A stretch of 62,141 bases of DNA, the filler included. It is 5 parts of 5 records of this genome, joined end to end, with 100 filler letters (N's around TTAATTAATTAA, not from the genome) between each part and the next. Parts side by side here need not be neighbours in the genome. Positions count along the whole stretch, not along the records: positions 36,762 to 51,797 come from SRR22947725_1515; 4 more parts are not named here. One strand, 5' to 3'. Position numbers and translations under genes: made by a program. Every line of letters begins with the position of its first letter. Position 1 is the first letter of the stretch. Of the stretch, positions 40,375 through 49,782 are shown in pieces. The notes under the pieces were generated by a model. That model worked only from the letters and a program-made list of their open reading frames with translations, was not told where the DNA came from and made no database searches.

Positions 40375-41970
40375 ATGAATAATATGAATAAAATATTTGG
40401 TTCTTTTAAATTTTCTTTTGTTCCACCTTTAATGATTTATCTAGCTGCAGGCGTATCAGGAATAACCAATATTGTTGGTCTGTTTTTTGTTAAAGAATAT
40501 TTAGATTTATCTGCCGTTTTTTTAGCTGGGTTAGGTTTCTGGGTAGGTCTACCTTGGGTCTTGAAAATGCCTTTAGGCCATCTGGTAGACATCCTTTGGA
40601 AGTTTAAATCTGTTCTAGTCATTCTAGGTGCACTAGTCATGGCTACCAGTAGCATAATTATGTTTTGTCTTATTCAGTTTAAGTTAGAGATGGTAAATAT
40701 ACTGAATGCTGAAACATGGTTTGTTATTTCAGCCTTATTAGCTCCAATTGGGTTTGTTTTGCAAGATGTTGTTGCAGATGCAATGACTGTTGAGGCAGTT
40801 CCAAAAATTGATGATAATGGGAAGATAATAGATTTTAAAATTTTAAAGTCTTTAAATGTGTCCATGCAGTTATTAGGACGAGTTTCCATAATTTTTGGTA
40901 CTGTATTAGTCTCAATACTTAACTTAATAGTGTTTTCAGACTCGTCCAAAATGACTGAATTAGAAAAAATCAGTGCTTATGGGGATATATATTTATATTC
41001 CTTAGTTGTTCCAATCATTTCAATATCAGGAATAATTTTAGCTTATTTTAATAAACAAAATAAACTAAAAACTCTTATTAGGAACGGAATGGAACCTTTA
41101 AAAGCTAAAAATATGATTTTTGTTATTCCTGAAATGACAAAGCCAAATTTACTAATCATAATAGGGTCAATCATTTTTGTTATTTTTACATTGGCAGTTG
41201 GAACGTCAAATATAAAATTTTCTCAAGAAATTGTTTTTGTCGGCTCATTTGCTATTATCTTATTTTTGCTGATTAAATTGTCCAAAGAACTGGATGCTAA
41301 TGCAAAAAAAATGCTTCTAGGAACAGCTATTGTCATTTTTGCTTTTAGAGCAATGCCTGGTGTTGGCCAAGGAGGAAGTTGGTTTGAAATAGATGTCTTA
41401 AATTTTGACCAAGAGTTTTTATCATTACTTGGATTAATAGCTTCAATCTTAACCATTATAGGTATTTTTATCCTAAGACCTTTAATGGAAAAATCTTCAA
41501 TGACTAAGCTCATTGTTATCCTTTCTATAGCAGGCTCATTTTTTATTCTCCCTTCAATTGCGATGTTTTATGGATTTCACGAATACACATCCAAACTTAC
41601 AAATGGGCTTGTGGATGCCCGATTTATAGCAATCTTCAATACAGCACTGGAAAGTCCTTTAGGACAAGTTTCAATGATTCCAATTCTAGCCTGGATAGCA
41701 CAATCTGCTCCAAGTCATCTAAAAGCAACATTTTTTGCGGTACTTGCAAGTTTTACTAACTTGGCACTTTCTGCAAGTAATTTAGGAACGAAGTATTTAA
41801 ATGAAGTTTTTGTAATAACTCGTGAAGTTAAAACTAATAAAGGTGATATTAAAGTAGCAGAAGATTATTCTGAACTTGGTATACTATTAATTTTAGTATG
41901 TTTGTTAACTCTTATTATTCCAATACTAGTTACTTACATAATTAAAAAGATAAAGCTGTTATCTTATTAA
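40375..41970 (+). CDS. MFS-like transporter, folate-biopterin (BT1/FBT) family-like
   Basis: About 12 hydrophobic segments; LPWVLK...G...D, QDVVADAM.VE and AP...AT.FA..AS..NL. Start uncertain (40366-40384). Confidence 0.65.
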   Translation: MNNMNKIFGSFKFSFVPPLMIYLAAGVSGITNIVGLFFVKEYLDLSAVFLAGLGFWVGLPWVLKMPLGHLVDILWKFKSVLVILGALVMATSSIIMFCLIQFKLEMVNILNAETWFVISALLAPIGFVLQDVVADAMTVEAVPKIDDNGKIIDFKILKSLNVSMQLLGRVSIIFGTVLVSILNLIVFSDSSKMTELEKISAYGDIYLYSLVVPIISISGIILAYFNKQNKLKTLIRNGMEPLKAKNMIFVIPEMTKPNLLIIIGSIIFVIFTLAVGTSNIKFSQEIVFVGSFAIILFLLIKLSKELDANAKKMLLGTAIVIFAFRAMPGVGQGGSWFEIDVLNFDQEFLSLLGLIASILTIIGIFILRPLMEKSSMTKLIVILSIAGSFFILPSIAMFYGFHEYTSKLTNGLVDARFIAIFNTALESPLGQVSMIPILAWIAQSAPSHLKATFFAVLASFTNLALSASNLGTKYLNEVFVITREVKTNKGDIKVAEDYSELGILLILVCLLTLIIPILVTYIIKKIKLLSY

Positions 41971-41972
41971 AT

Positions 41973-43007
41973 TTAGATAAGATAAACAACACTAACTATT
42001 CCTACAGAAGTTGATGCAGCTAAGCCTATTAAAAGAGGTTTTACTCCAAGTTTTACCATATTCTTAAGGTTAGTTTGTAAACCCAAAGCAACCATAGCAA
42101 AAAGTATGCAGTATATTGATATTTCTTTTGCAAATATAAGAGAATTTTTCCAGTGATTTATTAAACTATTATCAGTGATTAATCCATCGCCAATAGTTCT
42201 TAAAAAAGAAAAAAAGATAAACCCGAAGACAAACAAAGGGAAAAAATCTTTAACTGATTTTTTTACATTCATGTCGTTATCTTTGTTGTAGAGATATGCA
42301 ATAAGTGGAATTAAAATAATCAGAAAAGAATTTCTTAAAAGCTTAGTCGTCATCGCTGAATTCAAGGCCTCAGGACTATTGTATATCTCAGAATATATGA
42401 CTCCAGCAGCACTTACTTGAGCTGTATCATGAATAGCTGTACCAAGAAAAGCACCTGCTAAATCTGGAGTTAAATCAAAATAATAATTAGCTAAATAAGG
42501 ATATGTAAAAACTGCAATCATTCCAAATAAAGTGACTATACCAACAGCATAACTAGTTTCATTTTTATCAGATTTTATAATTGACGAGGTGGCTATAACT
42601 GCGGTAACTCCGCATATACAAGTCCCCATAATAATTAAATAACCTAAATTATTTGATACTTTAAAAAATTGACATAAATACTTTATTATTACGAATGCTA
42701 TAATAATGTTAATAACAATCAAAAACAAAGAAATAGAGCCATAATTATATAGCTCAGTTAAACTAAGACTAAGTCCTAATAATGCGATACCAATTCTTAA
42801 TAATTTTTTCAGTGAAAAATTTATAAAGGTCTCAATCTTTGTATTTGAAGGAAAAAGGTTACCTACTAATAGTCCAAGTAAAATACATATGAAGGCTGCA
42901 GAAATTAAAATATTATTGTTGGATAAATATTTATTTAAAATTACAGAAAATATTACTAATGAAGAAACTAAGAGAAATCCAAAAAAATTTTCTTTTACAA
43001 AATTCAT
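41973..43007 (-). CDS. YeiH / putative sulfate exporter family membrane protein
   Basis: LLRIGIALLG, GTCICG..AVIA, GTAIHDTAQV, KLLRN and P.F..GF. Confidence 0.88.
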   Translation of the reverse strand: MNFVKENFFGFLLVSSLVIFSVILNKYLSNNNILISAAFICILLGLLVGNLFPSNTKIETFINFSLKKLLRIGIALLGLSLSLTELYNYGSISLFLIVINIIIAFVIIKYLCQFFKVSNNLGYLIIMGTCICGVTAVIATSSIIKSDKNETSYAVGIVTLFGMIAVFTYPYLANYYFDLTPDLAGAFLGTAIHDTAQVSAAGVIYSEIYNSPEALNSAMTTKLLRNSFLIILIPLIAYLYNKDNDMNVKKSVKDFFPLFVFGFIFFSFLRTIGDGLITDNSLINHWKNSLIFAKEISIYCILFAMVALGLQTNLKNMVKLGVKPLLIGLAASTSVGIVSVVYLI

Positions 43008-43075
43008 AGTTTTATACTCTATTAAATCGATATTAAAATTATATAACTAGAATATAAACTTTTAAAAAATTTATG

Positions 43076-43252
43076 CTATTTTTTTTCTTTTTCTTGAACT
43101 CTTTCAATCTTCTTAGTTGACATTATTTCAGTTATTTCTGATTTACTGCGGTTTAAATTTTTCTGGACCTGTTGAATATTTACATTTCTATACCCAACAT
43201 GAACTATACCGTCATTTAAGTCTTATATTAGATAACCAAACTTATATTCCAT
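43076..43252 (-). pseudogene. Possible degraded small ORF (59 codons, one internal TAA)
   Basis: MEYKFGYLI*DLNDGIVHVGYRNVNIQQVQKNLNRSKSEITEIMSTKKIERVQEKEKK* lies in an unusually long 310-bp gap. Confidence 0.3.
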
Positions 43253-43316
43253 ACATTTAAACTCTAATTAATATAAATTAAAAATCAAAGTCGAAAATTT
43301 TATACCAAATTATAAA

Positions 43317-43982
43317 TTAAGTTTTAATGTCGTGAGATGCGAATTTATATACAGATTTTTTTGTTAAAAAATATATGTAGTAATTCCTGTTCAAAAAAGG
43401 CTTGAAAACAGGGTTATTTATATTAAGTCCACCAGTAAATTCTCCAAAGGCCGGCATTATTATATGGTTTTCTGAGTGAATTAAACATTTCTCAGTGATT
43501 TGTTTTGAATTAATTTTAAGAGAAGCCACTGGATGAAAATGCCCTGAAATCTGATATTTTTTTTCTAAAACAGCCTCATGAAGAAAATGAATATCATCAA
43601 CAATATAACGTTCATAGAATTTAATAAAAGCAGATTTCATTTTATTTTCATGGTTTCCAAGGACGAATATAATTTCATAATTTTCAACAAGACTATCAAA
43701 AATAGATTTAACTTTGGAAGACATCCTGTTTAAAGCACCTCTATCGTGAAAAGTATCACCAAGCAGTATTATTATTTTTACTTCATGTATTTTAAGAAAA
43801 TTTATCAGTTTATTTAGTGTCTCTTCACTATCAAATGGGGGAACAAACTGCCCTGACGATGCAAAGCTAGATCCTTTTTCAAGATGCAAATCTGATACAA
43901 TAGCAATTTTCTTTTCAAGCCAAAATAAAACACCGTCATTATTTATTTTGAATTCATGATTGTTAAAATTTATGACTTTCAA
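43317..43982 (-). CDS. pdeM: Ligase-associated DNA damage response metallophosphoesterase/endonuclease
   Basis: SDLHLEKG, PPFDS.ETL, LGDTFHD, GNHE, HE, SGHFHP and MPAFG.FTGGLN; overlaps the Lhr stop codon. Confidence 0.88.
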   Translation of the reverse strand: MKVINFNNHEFKINNDGVLFWLEKKIAIVSDLHLEKGSSFASSGQFVPPFDSEETLNKLINFLKIHEVKIIILLGDTFHDRGALNRMSSKVKSIFDSLVENYEIIFVLGNHENKMKSAFIKFYERYIVDDIHFLHEAVLEKKYQISGHFHPVASLKINSKQITEKCLIHSENHIIMPAFGEFTGGLNINNPVFKPFLNRNYYIYFLTKKSVYKFASHDIKT

Positions 43983-46402
43983 TTTAAACCAACTTCATCC
44001 AACATTTTGCTTTCTAGCTCCTCAAGAAAGTATTCATTTACATCTGACTTGTTTATTGTTTGTCTATTAATCTCTAATACTAGTGGAATGCCTAATGGAG
44101 AAATCTGGTCTAATTTTTTATAAATAATTTTGTTTTTAATTCTCTTTAAAAACTCGCTTAATCTATCTAAATCTATTAACCCTCTATAAGCATCATCTCG
44201 GGCTACTTGCAAAAGAATATGATTTGGTTCATGTTTTTTTAAAACATTAAAAATTAGATCAGTATTAAATATAACTTGCTTACCAGTTTTAACCTGTCCA
44301 GGTACTTTTCTTTCAATTAAACCAGAAATTATAGCTGCATCTCTAAAATTTTTCTTTAATAGTGGTGTCTCTTCTAGCCATTCATACAAATCATCTAGCA
44401 TTATATCTTCATTTAAAAGGATATTTATGTCCTCTACTTCATTCATCGACCATATTGCTAAAGCATATTCTGTTGCTACAAATCCAATTGGTTTATAACC
44501 CATTCGTTCCATTTTTTTGGAAACTAAAAAACCAAGTGTTTGATTTGCATTACGTCCCTCAAATGAATAAGAAATTAAAAAGAACCTTTTTTTATTATTA
44601 ATTTTTCTTGGGAAGCTCTCTACTAACAGCCCTTTTTCGGATGGAATTGTTGAAAACTTAGATTGTAAACTAAGCCAATCTTTAATTTGTGAAGGAAATT
44701 CTTCCCATGATTTTTTATGATTTAATAATGTTCTCACCTCTAATGAAAGTTCAGAACTTAAAGGCAACCTTCCTCCAGAGTATGATGGTATTTTGGGGTG
44801 TTGATCTTTAGTAGATTTTACTATGACATTATTTTCTTGTACATTTTGATATTCTAGTATTCTTCCTCCAAATAAAAAAGTGTCACCTTCATTTAATCCT
44901 TCTATAAACCACTCTTCAACCTGTCCTAAAGTTCTTCTACCTAATTTTACTTTAAGCATGTAAGATTCAACTATGGTACCAACGTTTAGCCTATATTTAC
45001 TTCTTACTTTTGAAGATTGTATTGCATATAAATTTTCTTTATTAATTCCAATTTTAGAATAATGTTCATAATGTTTTAATGAATAACCACCATTTTTAAC
45101 AAACTCCAAAACCTCTAAAAATTTATCTTTAGTTAAATGTCTGTAAGACCAAGCATTTTTAATCTCCAAGTAAAGTTCATCTAGCTGGAATGGATTGCTA
45201 CAAGCTACACCTAAAATATGCTGAGCTAAAACATCTAAACTTCCTTTTTTTTCGGTGCTTCCATCAATAAGTTGCTTTTGTATTGAATTTATTGCTGAGA
45301 TACATTCAAGATATTCAAACCTATTAGCTGGCACTAAAAGAGCTCTTGAGGGTTGATTAAATCTGTGATTACTTCTTCCAATACGCTGCAAAAACCTAGC
45401 TATACCCTTTGGGGAACCAATTTGGATAACTAAATCAACCTTACCCCAATCAATACCTAAATCTAATGAACTTGTTGCAACCACACAGTCTAATTCACCA
45501 TGCGACATAAGATTTTCAACTTTACGCCTAATTTCTTTTTCTAAACTTCCATGGTGTATAGCTATTTTATAATTATCTTCATTTTCATGCCAAAGCTTAT
45601 TAAATACAAGTTCTGCTTGAGCACGTGTATTAACAAAAATAATAGTTGTTGAAGACTTTTTAATTTCTTTATAAATATCTGCAATAGCATAACCTGCCAT
45701 ATGACCTGACCATGGAACCCTATTATTTGACACTAATATATCAATATTAGGCTTAGATTTTTCTTCAATATTTATTATTTTAGCTTTCAGCTTTTGTGAT
45801 AAAAAACTAAGTACTGAATCTTTATCTTTAATTGTTGCAGATAATCCTATTCTCTTACAATCTGGAGTTATAGAATTTAAACGTGACAGATTTAACGATA
45901 ACAAATCCCCTCTTTTTGAATTTATCAAGCTATGGATCTCATCAACAATTAAGTATTTTAAATATTTAAAAAACTCGCTAGCTTTCGTATCAGCTAATAA
46001 TAAAGCAAGTGACTCAGGAGTTGTCATAAGCATATGTGGTGGTTTTTGTTTTTGCCTATTTTTTTTATAACTTGAAGTATCGCCTGTCCTTGTTTCTACT
46101 ATTATGTCAAGTCCTTGATCTTCAATTGGACTAGTTAAATTTCTGTGAACATCTACAGTCAAAGCTTTCAAAGGTGAAATATATAAAGTATGCAATTTAT
46201 TATTAGGACTTTTATTTTCAATCAAATCCTCAAGTGATGGCAAAAAACCTGCTAAAGTTTTTCCTCCACCTGTTGGTGCAACTAATAATATATCAAAACC
46301 ATTTTTTGAATGTTTTAAAGTCTCTAATTGATGATCATAAAAAGACCAATTATTTTTTTTTAACCAATTTTCTATAGGTTGAAGCTTTAAATTATCTAAC
46401 AT
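43979..46402 (-). CDS. lhr: Lhr-core DEXH helicase (ligase-associated DNA damage response)
   Basis: APTGGGKT, YISPLKAL, TTPESL, DEIH, GLSAT, HHGSL, TSSLDLGID, QRIGRSNH and DVLAQH. Confidence 0.93.
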   Translation of the reverse strand: MLDNLKLQPIENWLKKNNWSFYDHQLETLKHSKNGFDILLVAPTGGGKTLAGFLPSLEDLIENKSPNNKLHTLYISPLKALTVDVHRNLTSPIEDQGLDIIVETRTGDTSSYKKNRQKQKPPHMLMTTPESLALLLADTKASEFFKYLKYLIVDEIHSLINSKRGDLLSLNLSRLNSITPDCKRIGLSATIKDKDSVLSFLSQKLKAKIINIEEKSKPNIDILVSNNRVPWSGHMAGYAIADIYKEIKKSSTTIIFVNTRAQAELVFNKLWHENEDNYKIAIHHGSLEKEIRRKVENLMSHGELDCVVATSSLDLGIDWGKVDLVIQIGSPKGIARFLQRIGRSNHRFNQPSRALLVPANRFEYLECISAINSIQKQLIDGSTEKKGSLDVLAQHILGVACSNPFQLDELYLEIKNAWSYRHLTKDKFLEVLEFVKNGGYSLKHYEHYSKIGINKENLYAIQSSKVRSKYRLNVGTIVESYMLKVKLGRRTLGQVEEWFIEGLNEGDTFLFGGRILEYQNVQENNVIVKSTKDQHPKIPSYSGGRLPLSSELSLEVRTLLNHKKSWEEFPSQIKDWLSLQSKFSTIPSEKGLLVESFPRKINNKKRFFLISYSFEGRNANQTLGFLVSKKMERMGYKPIGFVATEYALAIWSMNEVEDINILLNEDIMLDDLYEWLEETPLLKKNFRDAAIISGLIERKVPGQVKTGKQVIFNTDLIFNVLKKHEPNHILLQVARDDAYRGLIDLDRLSEFLKRIKNKIIYKKLDQISPLGIPLVLEINRQTINKSDVNEYFLEELESKMLDEVGLN

Positions 46403-46419
46403 TGTTATATATTATGAAG
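46403..46419. promoter_or_regulatory. Putative bidirectional promoter with overlapping -10 hexamers
   Basis: TATATT (+, 46408-46413) lies 6 nt before ATG 46420; TAATAT (-, 46414-46409) lies 6 nt before ATG 46402; no room for an RBS. Confidence 0.5.
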
Positions 46420-47409
46420 ATGAAATGGATTGATAAAAATTTGCATATAAAGCCAATAAATACACATATTGATCCTTTTAGGCCAGTAGAAAATGCCATT
46501 ATAACTCATGGTCACGCTGATCACGCTAAGCCTGGTCATAAGAATGTTCTAGCTACAAAAGAAACTATTGAAATAATGAAAATTAGATATGGTGAGAATT
46601 GCGCTGATCATTTCCAAGAACTTGAATTAAATAAAACACTGAATATTGATGAAGTTTCTATAACTTTTTTCCCAGCAGGTCATATTCTAGGAAGCGTACA
46701 AGTTTTAACTCAATTTAAAGGTGAAAAAATTAACTTCACAGGAGATTATAAAACTTCAAAAGATAAAACCTGCGTGAATTTTGAACCTGTGAAATGCCAT
46801 ACACTAGTTACTGAAGCAACATTTGGATTGCCTGTTTTTCAGCATCCAGATGAAAAAAAAGAAATTAACAAACTCTTACACTCATTATATTTATTTCCTG
46901 AAAGACCTCACCTTGTCGGCGTGTATGCATTAGGTAAGGCACAAAGAGTTATTAGTTTGTTAAGACAACAAGGTTATAACAAAAATATTTTTATTCATGG
47001 TTCACTTGAAAAACTTTGTAATTATTATCAAGAAAATAAAGTCAATCTCGGCAAATTATCTAAAGTAAGCTTAATTAATAAAAACGAGTATAACGGTGAA
47101 ATAATTCTTGCCCCACCCTCAGCCATTAAAAACATTTGGTCTAGGAAGTTTGAAGATCCCATAATAAGTCAAGCTTCGGGATGGATGTCTATAAAGCAAA
47201 GAGCCAAGCAAAGTTTAGTAGAACTTCCATTAATTTTATCTGATCATGCAGATTGGAATGAATTAACAAACTATATAAAAATCTCAGAAGCTGAAAATGT
47301 ATATGTAACTCACGGAAGAGAGGAGGCAATAGTTCATTGGTGTAAAAAAAATAATATTAACGGTTTAGCTTTATCTTTATCTGGAAGAGAAGATGAGGAA
47401 GAGCTGTGA
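46420..47409 (+). CDS. Ligase-associated DNA damage response exonuclease (MBL/beta-CASP-like)
   Basis: IDP..PV..AIITHGHADH, PAGHILGS, TGDYK, TEATFGLP, YALGKAQR, SGWM, LSDHADW and VTHG; start at 46414 or 46420. Confidence 0.9.
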   Translation: MKWIDKNLHIKPINTHIDPFRPVENAIITHGHADHAKPGHKNVLATKETIEIMKIRYGENCADHFQELELNKTLNIDEVSITFFPAGHILGSVQVLTQFKGEKINFTGDYKTSKDKTCVNFEPVKCHTLVTEATFGLPVFQHPDEKKEINKLLHSLYLFPERPHLVGVYALGKAQRVISLLRQQGYNKNIFIHGSLEKLCNYYQENKVNLGKLSKVSLINKNEYNGEIILAPPSAIKNIWSRKFEDPIISQASGWMSIKQRAKQSLVELPLILSDHADWNELTNYIKISEAENVYVTHGREEAIVHWCKKNNINGLALSLSGREDEEEL

Positions 47410-48983
47410 AAGATTTTAGTGAGTTAATAAATAAATTATTATTAACACCGTCAAGAAATAGAAAAATTCAAATCTTGTCGGATTACTTTTGTAATACTCC
47501 TGATCCAGAAAGAGGTTTTACTCTTGCTATACTTACAAACAGTTTAGAATTAAGAAATATTCCTATTTCAAAAATAAAAGAAATTATTTACGAAAATGTT
47601 GATAAAGATTTGTTTGCATTATCATATGATTACGTGGGTGATTTAGCAGAAACAATTTCACTTATTTGGCCTAACAATAAAAAAGGTGATTTACCGAGTA
47701 TTTCAGAAATAGTTAATATTTTAAGGAATATAAAAAAGGATCAAATCAGAACAACTCTTGAAAATTTTCTATCTATTGCGAACGATACAGAACGATGGGC
47801 CCTCATTAAGTTAATTAGTGGAGGACTTAGAATAGGTGTTTCTTCAAGACTTACTAAAACTGCATTAGCGAACTTTAGTAATAAGAATTTAGATGACATT
47901 GAAAGAATTTGGCATGGCTTAGAACCACCATATGAAAATCTGTTTGAATGGTTATCTAACAAAGCAGATATTCCAGAAATAGATTTAACTAAAACCTTCC
48001 ACCCAATGATGCTATCTAACCCAATAATGAATAATGACTTTAGTAATCTTATTCCTAATGATTACGTTGCCGAATGGAAATGGGATGGGATAAGAGTTCA
48101 AATTATTTTAAATAAAGATGAAGTTAAGATTTTTTCACGTACTGGAGATGATATTAGCCCGTCTTTCCCAGAAATTGAAAACAACCAAGATAAAATGGTT
48201 ATTCTTGACGGAGAGCTATTAGTTGGAAAAAACTATGTACCAATGAGTTTTAACTCACTTCAACAAAGAATTAACAGAAAAAAAGTAAGCAAGAAACATT
48301 TGATTGAATATCCAGCCTTTATAAAACTCTATGATATTTTATTTTTAGATAATATAGATTTAAGAGATATACCATGGAAACTTAGACGAAAAAAATTAGA
48401 AGAATGGTTTTTAAAAAACAAAAATCAATATTTTGATCTATCTGAAGTTATGAAATTCACAAAATGGAAAGACCTAGAAAATATAAAAAAATTCAAAATC
48501 ATTGATGAAGAACATGAAGGGTTGATGATTAAAAGAAAAGAAAGCCCTTATATATCTGGAAGGCCAAAGGGTCATTGGTTTAAATGGAAAAAAGAACCTA
48601 AAACAGTCGATGCAATTTTAATGTATGCTTTACGTGGTCACGGTAAAAGAAGTTCATATTACTCAGATTTTACACTTGGGTTATGGCAAGGTAACGAAAT
48701 ATTACCAATATGTAAGGCATATTTTGGATTTAGTGATTTAGAACTGAAAACTCTTGATAAGTTTGTTAGAAATAACACTTCAAAAAAATATGGACCTGTA
48801 AGAGAAGTAGAAAAAACATTTGTCATAGAAATAGCTTTTGACTCTGTGAATTACAGTAAACGTCATAAATCTGGTATTGCGTTAAGATTTCCACGTATCA
48901 AAAGATTAAGAGAAGACAAACCTGTACAAGATGTATTGCAATTATCTCAATTTAAATTAGATTTTGGTTTGGACGCAAAATAA
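47406..48983 (+). CDS. ATP-dependent DNA ligase
   Basis: YDYVGDLAET, motif I EWKWDGIR, LDGEL, EGLMIK, W.KWK and SGIALRFPRI; GTG start overlapping the exonuclease stop. Confidence 0.94.
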   Translation: MKDFSELINKLLLTPSRNRKIQILSDYFCNTPDPERGFTLAILTNSLELRNIPISKIKEIIYENVDKDLFALSYDYVGDLAETISLIWPNNKKGDLPSISEIVNILRNIKKDQIRTTLENFLSIANDTERWALIKLISGGLRIGVSSRLTKTALANFSNKNLDDIERIWHGLEPPYENLFEWLSNKADIPEIDLTKTFHPMMLSNPIMNNDFSNLIPNDYVAEWKWDGIRVQIILNKDEVKIFSRTGDDISPSFPEIENNQDKMVILDGELLVGKNYVPMSFNSLQQRINRKKVSKKHLIEYPAFIKLYDILFLDNIDLRDIPWKLRRKKLEEWFLKNKNQYFDLSEVMKFTKWKDLENIKKFKIIDEEHEGLMIKRKESPYISGRPKGHWFKWKKEPKTVDAILMYALRGHGKRSSYYSDFTLGLWQGNEILPICKAYFGFSDLELKTLDKFVRNNTSKKYGPVREVEKTFVIEIAFDSVNYSKRHKSGIALRFPRIKRLREDKPVQDVLQLSQFKLDFGLDAK

Positions 48984-49007
48984 AAAATATTTATAGAAAT
49001 TAAATTA

Positions 49008-49775
49008 ATGAAATATTTAAACATCATAATAGAAAACTCAATAGCTAATATTTGTTTGAAACGTTCACCAATTAATGCCTTTAGCATAGATTTCCTTAAT
49101 GAAATATTAGCTGCTTTAAAAGAAGTAAATGAAAAGAAAAAGGTACTAGCTATAATGATAAGCAGCTCTATACCAAATATATTTTGCGCTGGTCTAGATT
49201 TAGATATCTTAATAGATAAACCAATATTGGAAGTTCGAAAATTTCTTGAATTATTATATATAAAACTTTGGGACACTCAGTACAACATGACTAAGCCTAC
49301 AATTGCTGTTATTGATGGAGCCGCAAGAGGTGGAGGAATGACGTTAGCAATTTCATGCGATATCATCATTGCTTCTGACAAAGCTTCATTTGGATACCCT
49401 GAAATTGACTTGGGCTTACTACCGGCAATTCATTTTAATCATTTACCAAAAATTGTTGGTCGTTATCGCGCTTTTGATTTACTTTTTAGTGGCCGTAAGT
49501 TTGATGCAGATGAAGCATTATCGATGGGTTTAATCAATAAAAAGGTTCCACAAGATCATTTGTTAGATGAGGCAACAAAGTTAGCTACTACATTTACTAA
49601 TAAATCTCCTACAGCAATTAAATTAGGAAGAGCCGCTTTTATGCGCACTAATGACCTTGATTACCGAAGAGGAATTGCAAATGCGGTTGAAGATTTCTGC
49701 AACGCAGCAATGACACCAGATGCTCAAGAAGGACTTCGAGCTTTCTTAGAAAAAAGAAAAGCAAACTGGAATTAA
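49008..49775 (+). CDS. Enoyl-CoA hydratase/isomerase (crotonase) family protein
   Basis: FCAGLDL, KPTIA, GGG..LA..CD, PEI.LG and EG..AFLEKR. Confidence 0.9.
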   Translation: MKYLNIIIENSIANICLKRSPINAFSIDFLNEILAALKEVNEKKKVLAIMISSSIPNIFCAGLDLDILIDKPILEVRKFLELLYIKLWDTQYNMTKPTIAVIDGAARGGGMTLAISCDIIIASDKASFGYPEIDLGLLPAIHFNHLPKIVGRYRAFDLLFSGRKFDADEALSMGLINKKVPQDHLLDEATKLATTFTNKSPTAIKLGRAAFMRTNDLDYRRGIANAVEDFCNAAMTPDAQEGLRAFLEKRKANWN

Positions 49776-49782
49776 CTAAATA

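Noticed and set aside
43979..48983. Helicase + nucleases as an anti-phage defence system
   Set aside because: The motifs and four-gene composition match the known Lhr/ligase DNA-repair cluster, and there is no defence-island context.
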